Shown: piece after piece, positions 8,426-18,059 of the stretch | How positions within the stretch are numbered: the first letter of the stretch is position 1 | How the letters are laid out: every line of letters begins with the position of its first letter | Assembly (NCBI GenBank): GCA_035703635.1 | Contig: DASSXV010000085.1 | Span: forward strand, 1-22,613 | DNA: 22,613 nt | Source: Trueperaceae bacterium | GTDB taxonomy: Bacteria > Deinococcota > Deinococci > Deinococcales > Trueperaceae | Reading direction: 5' to 3' | The notes under the pieces: generated by a model | Databases searched by the model: none | Seen by the model: only the letters and a program-made list of their open reading frames with translations | Told to the model about the DNA's origin: nothing | Program-made: the position numbers and the translations under genes

Positions 8426-10108
8426 ATGCCAACTGGAACGCCACCGTCCTGGCCCATCCGGGCGCCGCGGGGTAACAAGCGGACCGCCAAGGGTTGGATC
8501 CAAGAGGCGGCCATGCGGATGTTGATGAACAACCTTGACCCCGAGGTGGCCGAGGCGCCGGAAGACCTCGTAGTGTACGGCGGCCGCGGCCGCGCGGCTC
8601 GCGACTGGAACGCTTACCGGCGGATCATCGCTACGCTCGAGCGGCTTGAGAACGACGAGACCCTCCTCGTGCAGTCAGGGAAGCCGGTCGGTGTCTTCAG
8701 GACCGTGCCTGACGCCCCCCGCGTCATCCTCGCCAACTCTAACCTAGTGCCGAAGTGGGCTAACTGGGAGGAGTTCGACCGCCTCGACCAGGCTGGCCTC
8801 ATGATGTACGGCCAGATGACGGCTGGGTCCTGGATCTACATCGGCACCCAAGGCATCTTGCAGGGCACGTTCGAGACCTTCGCGGCGGCAGCGCGACGGC
8901 ACTTCGGTGGCACATTGGCGGGGACGCTGACCGTAACGGCTGGCCTCGGCGGCATGGGCGGCGCGCAGCCGCTGGCCGTCACCCTCAACGGCGGCGCGGT
9001 GCTGGTGGTGGAGGTGGACGCGCACCGCATTCAAAGGCGCCTCGAGACGGGTTACCTCGACGAGTCGAGCCTTGACCTAGACGACGCCCTAGCGCGTTTG
9101 GAGACGGCAAGGCGGGCGCGCACGCCACTCTCGATCGGGTTGCTCGGCAACGCAGCCGAGGTGCTGCCCGAACTGGTAAGGCGCGGTGTAAGAGTCGACC
9201 TAGTGACGGACCAGACGAGCGCCCACGACCCCATGGTCGGTTACCGCCCAACTGCGCGGCCAGACGAAGACCTTAACGCCCTAAGAAGCGCGGACCCTAG
9301 CGGTTACCGCGCCCGGGTGCTTGCTTCCATGGCGCGGCACTGCTCGGCCATCGTCGACCTGGCCACAGCTGGCGCCATCGCCTTCGATTACGGCAACAAC
9401 CTCAGGGCGTTCGCTCAGGAGGGCGGGTTCGCGGGCGCGTTCTCGTACCCGGGCTTCGTGCCCGCCTTCATCCGCGACCAGTTCTGCGAGGGCCGCGGGC
9501 CGTTCCGTTGGGTCGCGCTCTCGGGCAACCCGGCGGACATCTACCGCACAGACCGCGCCATGCTGGAACTCTTCCCTGATGACGTCGGCTTGAGGCGCTG
9601 GCTTACCGAGGGCGTTGACAAGTTCGCCTTCCAGGGTCTGCCTGCGCGCATCTGTTGGCTCGGTTATGGCGAGCGTGACCGCGCAGGTCTGCGCCTGAAC
9701 GAGATGGTGGCCAACGGCGAGTTGGACGGCCCCATCGTGATAGGCCGCGATCACCTCGACGCCGGGTCCGTCGCCAGCCCCTACCGCGAGACCGAGGCCA
9801 TGCTCGACGGCTCTGACGCCGTTGCCGACTGGGCGCTGCTGAACTTCGCACTCAACGCCGTCAGTGGCGCCGGCTGGGTGAGCTTCCACCATGGCGGCGG
9901 CGTCGGCATGGGTTACAGCCTGCACGCTGGCCAGGTGTGCGTGGCGGACGGCTCGAAGGCCGCGGCCGAGCGCATCGCGCGCGTGCTGCTCAACGACCCT
10001 GGCACTGGCGTCATGCGCCACGCAGACGCCGGCTACGATCTGGCGATCAACACGGCGAGAACGCGAAGCATGGATCTGCCTGGCATCACGGACGTGGAGG
10101 ACGTATGA
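8426..10108 (+). CDS. hutU: Urocanate hydratase
   Basis: [67 protein letters not shown] 8426 follows SD AAGGAGG. Confidence 0.97.
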   Translation: MPTGTPPSWPIRAPRGNKRTAKGWIQEAAMRMLMNNLDPEVAEAPEDLVVYGGRGRAARDWNAYRRIIATLERLENDETLLVQSGKPVGVFRTVPDAPRVILANSNLVPKWANWEEFDRLDQAGLMMYGQMTAGSWIYIGTQGILQGTFETFAAAARRHFGGTLAGTLTVTAGLGGMGGAQPLAVTLNGGAVLVVEVDAHRIQRRLETGYLDESSLDLDDALARLETARRARTPLSIGLLGNAAEVLPELVRRGVRVDLVTDQTSAHDPMVGYRPTARPDEDLNALRSADPSGYRARVLASMARHCSAIVDLATAGAIAFDYGNNLRAFAQEGGFAGAFSYPGFVPAFIRDQFCEGRGPFRWVALSGNPADIYRTDRAMLELFPDDVGLRRWLTEGVDKFAFQGLPARICWLGYGERDRAGLRLNEMVANGELDGPIVIGRDHLDAGSVASPYRETEAMLDGSDAVADWALLNFALNAVSGAGWVSFHHGGGVGMGYSLHAGQVCVADGSKAAAERIARVLLNDPGTGVMRHADAGYDLAINTARTRSMDLPGITDVEDV

Positions 10109-11307
10109 GCAACGAAGGCACCCAGGTCAAAGGGATCAGCGAGCTCTTCACCCCCTACGAAGCGGTGCCGAACGCGGCCATGGCCATAGTCGACGGCCAC
10201 GTCGCTTGGGTTGGCGCCGAGGCCGCGCTCCCCAGCGCATATGCAGCTTGGCCAAGCGTCGACTTGGGCGGCAACGCCGTCATCCCAGGCCTCGTCGACA
10301 GCCACACCCACTTGATCTGGGCGGGCGACCGCCTTGACGAGTACCTCCTGCGGGCACGCGGCGCGAGTTACCCCGAGATCCTCGCGGCTGGCAAGGGCAT
10401 CTACGAGACGGTGGCTGCCACGAGGAGCGCGTCTGAGGCGTCCCTGCTCCTCTCCGCTAGGCGCCGCGCCGGAGCGTTCCTGCGCAGCGGGGTGACGGCC
10501 TTGGAGATCAAGTCGGGCTACAGCCTCGACACCGAAGGTGAGCTGCGCATGCTTCGCGTCGCACGCCAACTCGGCGAGGAGGGTCCGCAGCGCGTGACGA
10601 CCACGCTCCTCGCGCACGTGCCCGACAAGGACGTGCCGCGCGAAACATACCTCGCCACGTTCCTAAGCGAAACGCTGCCGGAGGCGGTACGCCTTGGCTT
10701 GGTCGACGCCGTCGACGTGTTCTGCGACGAGGGCGCCTTCACCTTGACCGAAACGCGCCGCATCCTGGAGGCCGCACTGACCTACCGCCTGAAGATCAAG
10801 GCTCACGCCGAGCAGCTCACGCACACGGGGGCCGCGCGGCTGGTGGCCGAGCTAGGCGGTGTGTCTGCCGACCACCTGGAGTTGGCCAACGCGGAAGACT
10901 TAGGGGCGATGGCCGCGGCTGGCTCCGTCGCCACGTTCTTGCCTGTCGCGGCGTTACTGCTGCGGCGTGGGACCCCGGACTGGGCCACGGTGCGCGCCAG
11001 CGGCGTGAGGGTGGCGGTGGCTTCCGACCACAACCCCGGCTCCTCGCCCGTTTACGGCCTGATGCTGGCGCTCAACCTGGCCGTCGCCACCCTCGGCATG
11101 AGCGTCGAGGAAGCCCTCGTGGCCGGCACCGCCAACGCCGGCTTGGCCTTAGGTCAGCCAACGTGGGGCACGTTAGCGCCCGGGTCGGTTGCCGACTACT
11201 TGGTGGTCGATTCGCCCCGCGCGCTAACGCCCTTCTATACCTGGGGGTCGCCGTCGCTGCGCGAGATGGTGATCGGCGGCAACACGGTGTGGCGCAAGGA
11301 CGGCTAA
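10105..11307 (+). CDS. hutI: Imidazolonepropionase
   Basis: PGLVDSHTH (HxH), [30 protein letters not shown]. True start is ATG 10105 (ATGA overlap with hutU, SD GGAGG), not 9937. Confidence 0.95.
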   Translation: MSNEGTQVKGISELFTPYEAVPNAAMAIVDGHVAWVGAEAALPSAYAAWPSVDLGGNAVIPGLVDSHTHLIWAGDRLDEYLLRARGASYPEILAAGKGIYETVAATRSASEASLLLSARRRAGAFLRSGVTALEIKSGYSLDTEGELRMLRVARQLGEEGPQRVTTTLLAHVPDKDVPRETYLATFLSETLPEAVRLGLVDAVDVFCDEGAFTLTETRRILEAALTYRLKIKAHAEQLTHTGAARLVAELGGVSADHLELANAEDLGAMAAAGSVATFLPVAALLLRRGTPDWATVRASGVRVAVASDHNPGSSPVYGLMLALNLAVATLGMSVEEALVAGTANAGLALGQPTWGTLAPGSVADYLVVDSPRALTPFYTWGSPSLREMVIGGNTVWRKDG

Positions 11308-12251
11308 TCAGCGGGCCCAGCGTCCCACCACAGCGCCAGCGTCTCTGCCACCAGCCGCGCAGCTAGCAACGCGCTACGTCCGCTAGGGTCAAGGTCGGGC
11401 GCCAGCTCGGTGAGGTCTAGCCCGACCAAGCGGTTGCGCGCGACCGTAGCCGCCACCAGATCGCGCAGCTGAGCGTAGCTGAGCCCTTCCGGCTCTGGGC
11501 TGCTCGTGCCTGGCAGTTCTGCCGGATCAAGGGCGTCGACGTCGATGCTCAGGTAGACGTTCGCGCCGGCGGGCAGCTTGGCAACGGCCGCCTCCAGGTC
11601 ATCCCGCACCTGCTTGGCGCTGATGAGCGTGTGGCCCCGCGCGCGAGCGCTGCGGAATGCCTCGGCGTCCGCGCGAACGCCGCGCAAGCCGAGCACCGTC
11701 ACGCTCGCCAGGTTAGGCAGCGCCTCGACCGCGCGCCTGAACGGGCTCGAGTTGGCGAAGCGCGTGCCGTTGCGCGCCTCCGAGTAGTCGAGGTGAGCGT
11801 CGAGTTGCACCACATGCAGGTCCCCAACGTCGGCGAACGCCAGTAGCAGCGGGTAGCTCACCGAGTGATCGCCACCTACGAACACCGGCAGGCGCCCAAG
11901 GCCACGCGCGCGGCGAGCGCCTGCCGTGATGCGCGCGAGGCTCTCCGCCGTCTCCAGCTGCGCAAGGTCGACGTCGCCAACGTCGACGAGGCGCGCGCCA
12001 GCTAAACGGTGACTGTCGGTAGCGAAGTCGTAGAACCCCTGTGGCGGCAAGGCGTAGCGGCCGCTGGCAGCGCGCACGGCGGCGGGCGCGAAGCGTGCCC
12101 CTGGCCTGAAACCGACCGCGAAGTCGTACGGCACCCCAAGCAACGCAACGTCGTAGTTAGCCCCAGCGCCCGCCGCTCCATCCAACAGCAACGGGGCCTT
12201 GAAGAAGGTCGCAGGGCCGGTGAAGGTGAGCTCCAGATGCCTGCTGTTCAC
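11304..12251 (-). CDS. hutG: Arginase/ureohydrolase-family enzyme, probably formiminoglutamase
   Basis: GARFAP, GGDHS, DAHLD and SIDVDALDP Mn-binding motifs. GTG 12251 overlaps the hutH stop. Family call is solid; substrate is inferred from hut context. Confidence 0.75.
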   Translation of the reverse strand: MNSRHLELTFTGPATFFKAPLLLDGAAGAGANYDVALLGVPYDFAVGFRPGARFAPAAVRAASGRYALPPQGFYDFATDSHRLAGARLVDVGDVDLAQLETAESLARITAGARRARGLGRLPVFVGGDHSVSYPLLLAFADVGDLHVVQLDAHLDYSEARNGTRFANSSPFRRAVEALPNLASVTVLGLRGVRADAEAFRSARARGHTLISAKQVRDDLEAAVAKLPAGANVYLSIDVDALDPAELPGTSSPEPEGLSYAQLRDLVAATVARNRLVGLDLTELAPDLDPSGRSALLAARLVAETLALWWDAGPAD

Positions 12252-13849
12252 GCCAACTCCACTCCGGCCGCGGCGACCGCGGCTAGCAGGCTGCCGTCGC
12301 GTACGGCGCCCCGCACTGCCTCGAGTTCCGGCTTGAGGTAGCGGTCCCCGTCTAGGTGCGGGACCAGTGCCCGCAAGCGTGCGTGCGCGGCCGCCACGCC
12401 TACGCCAGGCCTGAGTGGCGCCCGGAAGTCGAGCGCCTGCGCCGCAGTGAGTAGCTCCACGGAGATGACGTAACTGGCGTTCGCCACGACCTGCGCGAGC
12501 TTGCGGCAGGCGTGCGTGCCCATCGACACGTGATCTTCCTGATTGGCGCTGGTAGGGATGGAATCGACCGAAGCCGGGTGCGCCAGCACCTTGTTCTCGC
12601 TCACCAACGCAGCGGCGGTGTACTGCGCCACCATGTAGCCAGAGTTGAGTCCGCCGTGCTCGGTCAAGAAGCCAGGCAGGCCGGACAAGGCTGGGTTGAC
12701 GAGTTGCTCGACGCGCCGCTCGCTGATGTTCGCTAGTTCGGCAACGGCGATCGCCGCGTAATCCGCCGCTAACGCCAGCGGCTGCCCATGGAAGTTCGCC
12801 GCCGAGATGACGAGGCCGCCCTGACCATCCACGTCCGAGCCGCCCCAGGCCGCTTCCTCCTCGCTGTAGCCGTCGCCGAGCACTAGCGGGTTGTCGGTGA
12901 CGGCGGTCAGCTCCACCTGCAGCACCGACCGCACGTGACCGAGAGCGTCGCGGCTGGCGCCGTGTACCTGCGGCACCGCGCGCAGTGAGTATGCGTCCTG
13001 CACCCGGTCGCACTCCGCGTGCGCCGTGACTATCTCCGAACCCGCTAGGAGCTTGCGCATGTTGGCGCTGACGCCCACTGCGCCAGGGTGAGGGCGTAAG
13101 CGCACGACCGCCGGGTTGAACGGCATGTGACTGCCCATCGCCGCCTCAACGGTCATGGCCGCGGCCAGGTCCGCATGCCGCGCTAGGCGCTCGGCGTCAA
13201 GCAGGGTGAGGGCCAGTATGGCCGTCATGGCCTGCGTGCCGTTGATGAGCGCCAAGCCCTCCTTCGCCAGCAGCTCGAGCGGCTCGAGGCCGGCAGCAGC
13301 TAACGCGGCCGCGCTGCTTAACAGTTCGCCGCCCACCTCGACCTCGCCCACGCCTAGCAGGACGACACCGATGTGAGCTAGGGGCGCCAGGTCACCAGAG
13401 GCGCCCACCGACCCCTGCGACGGCACCACCGGGTGGATGCGCCTGTTCAGGAGGTCGAGCAGCCGCTCAACCACCAGCGGCCGCACGCCGGAGGCGCCGA
13501 GCGCCAGCGACTGTGCGCGCAGGAGCAGCATGGCGCGCACGACTTCCGTTGGGAACGGCTCCCCTACGCCGACGGCGTGAGAGAGCATGAGGTTGCGCTG
13601 CAGTTGCCGCACCTCCGCGGGTGGTATGCGGCTGGTCGCGAAGCGCCCGAAGCCCGTGGAAACGCCGTAGACGGTGCTACCGTCCTCGACTAGCCGCTCC
13701 ACGAACTCGCGGTTGCTAGCAACGCGCTGGCGCGCGGCGGCGGACAGGGTCACCTGCCGCCCACCGCGCGCCACCGATTCGAGGTCAGCTAAGGTCAGCT
13801 GGTCGTCAAGTTCTAGGTCACCGTAAGCTGTTGTCTGCGCCAGGGCCAT
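12248..13849 (-). CDS. hutH: Histidine ammonia-lyase
   Basis: [18 protein letters not shown]-forming [37 protein letters not shown]. The SH and QE residues are HAL-type. Confidence 0.96.
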   Translation of the reverse strand: MALAQTTAYGDLELDDQLTLADLESVARGGRQVTLSAAARQRVASNREFVERLVEDGSTVYGVSTGFGRFATSRIPPAEVRQLQRNLMLSHAVGVGEPFPTEVVRAMLLLRAQSLALGASGVRPLVVERLLDLLNRRIHPVVPSQGSVGASGDLAPLAHIGVVLLGVGEVEVGGELLSSAAALAAAGLEPLELLAKEGLALINGTQAMTAILALTLLDAERLARHADLAAAMTVEAAMGSHMPFNPAVVRLRPHPGAVGVSANMRKLLAGSEIVTAHAECDRVQDAYSLRAVPQVHGASRDALGHVRSVLQVELTAVTDNPLVLGDGYSEEEAAWGGSDVDGQGGLVISAANFHGQPLALAADYAAIAVAELANISERRVEQLVNPALSGLPGFLTEHGGLNSGYMVAQYTAAALVSENKVLAHPASVDSIPTSANQEDHVSMGTHACRKLAQVVANASYVISVELLTAAQALDFRAPLRPGVGVAAAHARLRALVPHLDGDRYLKPELEAVRGAVRDGSLLAAVAAAGVELA

Positions 13850-13855
13850 GTGTCC

Positions 13856-13861
13856 AGACTA
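13856..13861 (-). promoter_or_regulatory. Putative -10 box (TAGTCT) of a leaderless hutH transcript
   Basis: Minus strand reads TGA G TAGTCT GGACAC ATG: a TAnnnT box 6 nt before the start codon with no strong SD. Confidence 0.5.
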
Positions 13862-13862
13862 C

Positions 13863-16514
13863 TCAAGCGGCGCCTCCGCTTCGCAGTTGGGCGAGCAGTC
13901 CGGTAACACGGCTGATGAGGTCACTTGCCTCCGCTATGCGCCGCTGCTCCTCCGCCACTACCTCGGCGGGTGCGTTCGCCACGAACTTCTCGTTCGCCAC
14001 CTTGCGCAGCGAGCGCTCGCGCTCCTGCTCGAGCTTGGCTACTCTGCGCTCCTGCCGCGCCACGTAATCGGCCACATCGATCTGACCACTCAGCGGCAAG
14101 GTCAGCACCAACTCTGGTACCGCCTGGCTTAGCGCTGGGCCAGCCACCAGCCCGCTCGCTATCCTCGCCCGCGCCAGTGCGCCAAACACCTCGGCCTCAC
14201 TGGTCACCAACTCTGCGGCGGGTCCACTCACGTGCACGTCCAACCAGGCCGCCGGGGAAGCCTCAGCGTCGCGGCGCAGGCCACGCACGCCAGCTACGGC
14301 GTTCTGCAAGCGCGTGAAGTCGGCTTCGGCGGCGGCGTCCGTGAGGGACTCGTCGACCGTCGGCCAGGCGGCGAGCGCGAGTTGCTCCTCGTGTCCTAGT
14401 GCCTGGTAGAGCTCCGAGGTGATGAAGGGCATAAGCGGGTGCTGCAGCTTCAGCACCCCTTCTAGCACGGTGCGCAAAGTCGCGCGCGTGGTGGCGTCGC
14501 CTGCCTGCAGCGCCGGCTTGGCGCCCTCGAGGTACCAGTCGCAGAACTCGGACCAGGTGAAGTCGTAAAGCAGGCGCGTCGCGGCGCCCAGGTCGTAGGC
14601 GTCCAATGCGGCGGTCACGGCGCCAACGGTCCGTTGCAGGCGGCTGAGGATCCACCTGTCGGCCAAGCGGGTCGGCGCGGCGGCGCTGGCGTCCTCGTCG
14701 CCTGCGAGGTTCATGAGCCCGAAGCGCGCGGCGTTCCACAGTTTGTTGGCGTAATTTCGGCCCATCTCCACGCGGCGGTCGTCCCAGCGGATGTCCTGCC
14801 CCCCCGTCGACACGTAGCCCATGGCGAAGCGCAGCGCGTCGGCGCCGAACTGGTCGATCACCTCTAGCGGGTCGATGCCGTTGCCCTTCGACTTCGACAT
14901 CTTCTGGCCGTTCGCGTCGAGCACGAGGCCGTGAAGGAGCACGTCGTCGAACGGCCGTTGGCCCGTGAACTGATAAGCGGCCAGCTCCATGCGCGCCACC
15001 CAGAAGAAGAGGATGTCGTAACCCGTTACCAGCACGCTCGTCGGATAGAACTTCCGGTAGAACGGGTCGTCTACGTTGGGCCAACCAAGGGTGCTGAAGG
15101 GCCACAAGTTGGAGCTGAACCAGGTGTCGAAGACGTCCTCGTCTTGCACGAGGTCGAGGCCAGCGTAGCGCGGGTCGTCCGGTGGGTCGAGGTTCGGTTC
15201 GTCGAGGGAAGGCACGTAGGTCTTGCCGTCTGCGTCGTACCAGGCCGGGATGCGGTGCCCCCACCACAGCTGCCGAGATATGCACCAGTGGCGCAGGTTC
15301 TCGAGCCAGTCGCGGTTCACCTTCGTGAAACGCTCGGGGTGAACGGATACCTCGCCGCTGTCCAGCCCTCGTAACGCCCGCGCAGCCGCCGTATCGGTGT
15401 TGTAGAACCATTGCAGCGACAAGATGGGCTCCACCGGTTCGCCGCTGCGCTGGCTCAAGCCCAGCGAGACGCTGTAGTCGTCGGTTCGCCTAAGTGACCC
15501 GGCTGCTTCAAGCATGGCGGCTACGGCGCGGCGCGCCTCGAAGCGGTCGAGTCCGCGCAGCTCGACTGGCACTAGTTCGCCGAACAGGCGCGCATCGAGA
15601 TCGATCACGCTCGGCCTTGGAAGGCCGTGGCGCTCCCCGATCTCGAAGTCGGTCGGGTCGTGGGCTGGCGTGATCTTCAGTGCGCCCGTCCCGAACTCCA
15701 ACTCGACCGCCTCATCCAAGATGACGGGCACGAACCGGTCGGTGAGCGGGATGCGGGCGCTGCGGCCCGCCAGCTCGGCGGCACGCGGATCCGCGGGGTT
15801 AAGGGCGATCGCCACGTCTGCGAAGATCGTCTCGGGCCGCACGGTAGCGATCTCGATCTCGCCGCCGCCCTCCAGCTCGTACGCGAGGTAGTAGAGCTTG
15901 CCGGGCCGGTCCTCGCGGTCCACCTCGAGGTCGGATAGCACCGTGCGACTCACCGGATCCCAGTTGACTATGCGTTCGCCGCGGTAGACGAGGCCCTGGT
16001 GATAAAGCTCCACGAACTGGCGCCGTACCGCCTGCGACAGGCCCTCGTCGAGGGTGAAGCGCGTGCGCGACCAGTCCGCGCTGACGCCCAGGCGCTGCAG
16101 TTGCCCCAAGATCACGCCGCCGTAGCGTTCCTTCCACGCCCACACGTGTTCGTTGAACGCCTCGCGGCCAAGCTCCAGGCGCTTCATGCCTTGCTCGCGC
16201 AGCGCCCTCTCCACCACGACCTGCGTGCTGATGCCAGCGTGGTCGGTGCCGGGTTGGAACAGCGCCTCGTAACCTTGCATGCGCTTGAAGCGGGTGAGGA
16301 CGTCGATGATGGTGTTGTCGAAGGCGTGCCCGAGGTGCAGGTTGCCCGTGACGTTGGGCGGCGGGATGACCACGCAGAACGGTTCCTTGTCGCTGTTGGC
16401 GTCGGCGCGGAACGGCTCGTCAGCCCACAGCTTGGCCCAGCGCAGCTCGACCTCCGCTGGTTGGTAACGGCTTGCTAGCCCTGGAGCTTCGGGGTGCTCA
16501 TCGACGTTGTTCAT
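13863..16514 (-). CDS. valS: Valine--tRNA ligase
   Basis: [14 protein letters not shown] (HIGH), [34 protein letters not shown]-terminal coiled coil ([10 protein letters not shown]). SD GGAGG; upstream Val T-box agrees. Confidence 0.98.
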   Translation of the reverse strand: MNNVDEHPEAPGLASRYQPAEVELRWAKLWADEPFRADANSDKEPFCVVIPPPNVTGNLHLGHAFDNTIIDVLTRFKRMQGYEALFQPGTDHAGISTQVVVERALREQGMKRLELGREAFNEHVWAWKERYGGVILGQLQRLGVSADWSRTRFTLDEGLSQAVRRQFVELYHQGLVYRGERIVNWDPVSRTVLSDLEVDREDRPGKLYYLAYELEGGGEIEIATVRPETIFADVAIALNPADPRAAELAGRSARIPLTDRFVPVILDEAVELEFGTGALKITPAHDPTDFEIGERHGLPRPSVIDLDARLFGELVPVELRGLDRFEARRAVAAMLEAAGSLRRTDDYSVSLGLSQRSGEPVEPILSLQWFYNTDTAAARALRGLDSGEVSVHPERFTKVNRDWLENLRHWCISRQLWWGHRIPAWYDADGKTYVPSLDEPNLDPPDDPRYAGLDLVQDEDVFDTWFSSNLWPFSTLGWPNVDDPFYRKFYPTSVLVTGYDILFFWVARMELAAYQFTGQRPFDDVLLHGLVLDANGQKMSKSKGNGIDPLEVIDQFGADALRFAMGYVSTGGQDIRWDDRRVEMGRNYANKLWNAARFGLMNLAGDEDASAAAPTRLADRWILSRLQRTVGAVTAALDAYDLGAATRLLYDFTWSEFCDWYLEGAKPALQAGDATTRATLRTVLEGVLKLQHPLMPFITSELYQALGHEEQLALAAWPTVDESLTDAAAEADFTRLQNAVAGVRGLRRDAEASPAAWLDVHVSGPAAELVTSEAEVFGALARARIASGLVAGPALSQAVPELVLTLPLSGQIDVADYVARQERRVAKLEQERERSLRKVANEKFVANAPAEVVAEEQRRIAEASDLISRVTGLLAQLRSGGAA

Positions 16515-16569
16515 CTACTCCTCCTGCTTCAAGACCCGCGGTGGGGTCAGTTGGCGCTCCTGCTGGAGG

Positions 16570-16831
16570 GATGAGAACACCCCGCCCGCACAGCTGCGGA
16601 CGGGGTGGAAAGCCCCGCGGTACCACCGCAGTTCCCCGAACCGAACAGTTGAATCCGGGGCACTCGAGACCACGCTATCGGGGTGGCAACCGGAGGTTCT
16701 AGTAACCGCCTTAGCGGCGTTCTTCCTCGAAGGCCGATCGGCCCGGGCGACGTTCGGCGGTTCCTCTCGCGTGGGCTCTCAGCCGTGACCCACGCTCGCT
16801 GTTAGAGGGGCGGACGCCTACTCTTCCCGCT
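16570..16831 (-). ncRNA. T-box riboswitch, Val specifier (GUC)
   Basis: Stem I elements GGAAGAGTAG, AGCGAG and GGCTGAGAG; specifier GAAC-GTC-G (codon 16751-16749); T-box AACTGCGGTGGTACCGCG (16633-16616); antiterminator TGCGG/CCGCA plus GCGGGG/CCCCGT. The UGGU bulge fits Val discriminator A73. Confidence 0.92.
16571..16607 (-). terminator. T-box terminator-like hairpin with weak U-tract
   Basis: 13-bp stem CACCCCGTCCGCA-GCTG-TGCGGGCGGGGTG followed by TTCTCAT. Mutually exclusive with the antiterminator. Confidence 0.65.
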
Positions 16832-16837
16832 TGGCGG

Positions 16838-16846
16838 ATGATAGCA
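16838..16846 (-). promoter_or_regulatory. Extended -10 promoter of the T-box/valS transcript
   Basis: TGC-TATCAT (TGn-TAnnnT) about 7 nt upstream of the base of stem I. Confidence 0.65.
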
Positions 16847-16869
16847 CCCGCGGCATGTTGCGCGGTTGC

Positions 16870-17925
16870 TTACCCGACCATCGGCAAGGCGTTAGCCGAC
16901 TGGATGCTGATCTGCCCAGCCATCAAACGCGCCGCGCGCCGCAACTCGAGAGTGCTCGGGTCATCAGGGTGAGAGATGACGAGCGGCGTGCCGCTATCGC
17001 CGCTTTCGCGCAGCGCGCGGGTGATGGGAACGGCGCCTAACAGAGGCAAGCGCTCCGTTTCTGCCCAGCGCAACGCGCCGCCCTCGCCGAAGATGTAGTC
17101 CTTGGTGCCGTCTGGGAGAGCGTAGTAGCTCATGTTCTCGATCACCCCGAGGACCGGGATATGCGTCTTACGCGCCATGGTGTACGCGCGGCGCACGTCT
17201 ACCAGTGCCATGTCCTGCGGCGTGGTGACGAGGACCATGCCTGTCACGGGGACTAGTTGAGCCAGCGAGAGCTGGACGTCCCCCGTGCCTGGCGGCAAGT
17301 CGATGATGAGGTAATCGAGCTCGCCCCACACCGTTTGCTTCAGGAGTTGCGTGAGGGTGCCGTGGAGGATGGGGCCGCGCCAGGTAAGCGCCTGGCCGTC
17401 CTCAACGAGGTTGGCGATGGAGATGACCTTCACCCCATGGTTACGCAGTGGCAGTATGTGCTTCTCGTCGTCCGCCATGAGGCGCTTGCCTTCGACGCCG
17501 TACATCTTCCCTTGGCTTGGCCCGTAGATGTCGGCGTCGAGCAGACCAACGAGCGCGCCCTCCAAGCTCAACGCGGCTGCGAGGTTGGCCGCCATCGTCG
17601 ACTTGCCGACGCCGCCCTTGCCTGAACCGACCGCGATGACGTTGCGCACGCCAGGCAGCGGCATCTGCGTCGGGCCCCGCACGGCGGAGCCGAAGGTCAA
17701 CTCGACCTTGTCAACCCCGACTTCCTGGCGGATTGCCGCCCTGATGTCCTGCTCGATCTTCGCTTTCATAGGGCAGGCCGGGGTGGTGAGGGTTACCTCG
17801 AGCTTGATGACGTCGTCGACGATCTCGACGGAGTCGACCATGCCAAGCGTGACGAGGTCCTGGTGGAGTTCGGGGTCGTTGACGCCCTTGAGGGCCTGGA
17901 GTACGCGTTCGCGAGTGACTGCCAT
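16870..17925 (-). CDS. mrp: Mrp/ApbC/NBP35-family P-loop ATPase with N-terminal DUF59 (SufT-like) domain
   Basis: VNDPEL..LTTPACP, SGKGGVGKST, DADIYGPS, WRGP, DLPPGTGD, VTTPQ, ENMS. Start set at ATG 17925. Confidence 0.93.
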   Translation of the reverse strand: MAVTRERVLQALKGVNDPELHQDLVTLGMVDSVEIVDDVIKLEVTLTTPACPMKAKIEQDIRAAIRQEVGVDKVELTFGSAVRGPTQMPLPGVRNVIAVGSGKGGVGKSTMAANLAAALSLEGALVGLLDADIYGPSQGKMYGVEGKRLMADDEKHILPLRNHGVKVISIANLVEDGQALTWRGPILHGTLTQLLKQTVWGELDYLIIDLPPGTGDVQLSLAQLVPVTGMVLVTTPQDMALVDVRRAYTMARKTHIPVLGVIENMSYYALPDGTKDYIFGEGGALRWAETERLPLLGAVPITRALRESGDSGTPLVISHPDDPSTLELRRAARLMAGQISIQSANALPMVG

Positions 17926-17935
17926 AAGTGTCGCA

Positions 17936-17944
17936 AGCGTATCA
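17936..17944 (-). promoter_or_regulatory. Putative extended -10 for mrp (near-leaderless)
   Basis: TGA-TACGCT 10 nt before the ATG, no SD. Confidence 0.45.
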
Positions 17945-18021
17945 GCGCCCGGCCTTCCGCGCCGCACGCGGTGTGACGAAGCGGTAGTCAGCGCATGATG
18001 CCAGCCTTAACCGTGGTCGCC

Positions 18022-18050
18022 TTGTGGCATCAGGCAGCCATGGCTATACT
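18022..18050 (+). promoter_or_regulatory. Putative sigma-70-type promoter
   Basis: TTGTGG-N17-TATACT, 9 nt before GTG 18060. Confidence 0.6.
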
Positions 18051-18059
18051 CACAGGCGG

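Noticed and set aside
9937..10104. N-terminal extension of HutI in the ORF track
   Set aside because: Out-of-frame overlap with hutU; ATG 10105 has an SD and an ATGA coupling.
12252..13013. 254-aa N-terminal extension of the arginase-family ORF, suggesting a fusion or frameshift
   Set aside because: Arg/Gly-rich alternative frame of hutH; family similarity starts at GTG 12251 and I see no slippery site.
16844..16869. Hairpin right after the mrp stop
   Set aside because: No U-tract and it overlaps the valS promoter; function cannot be assigned.
18024..18059. ORF-track start at 18024
   Set aside because: It lies within the predicted -35/-10 promoter, so GTG 18060 is preferred.
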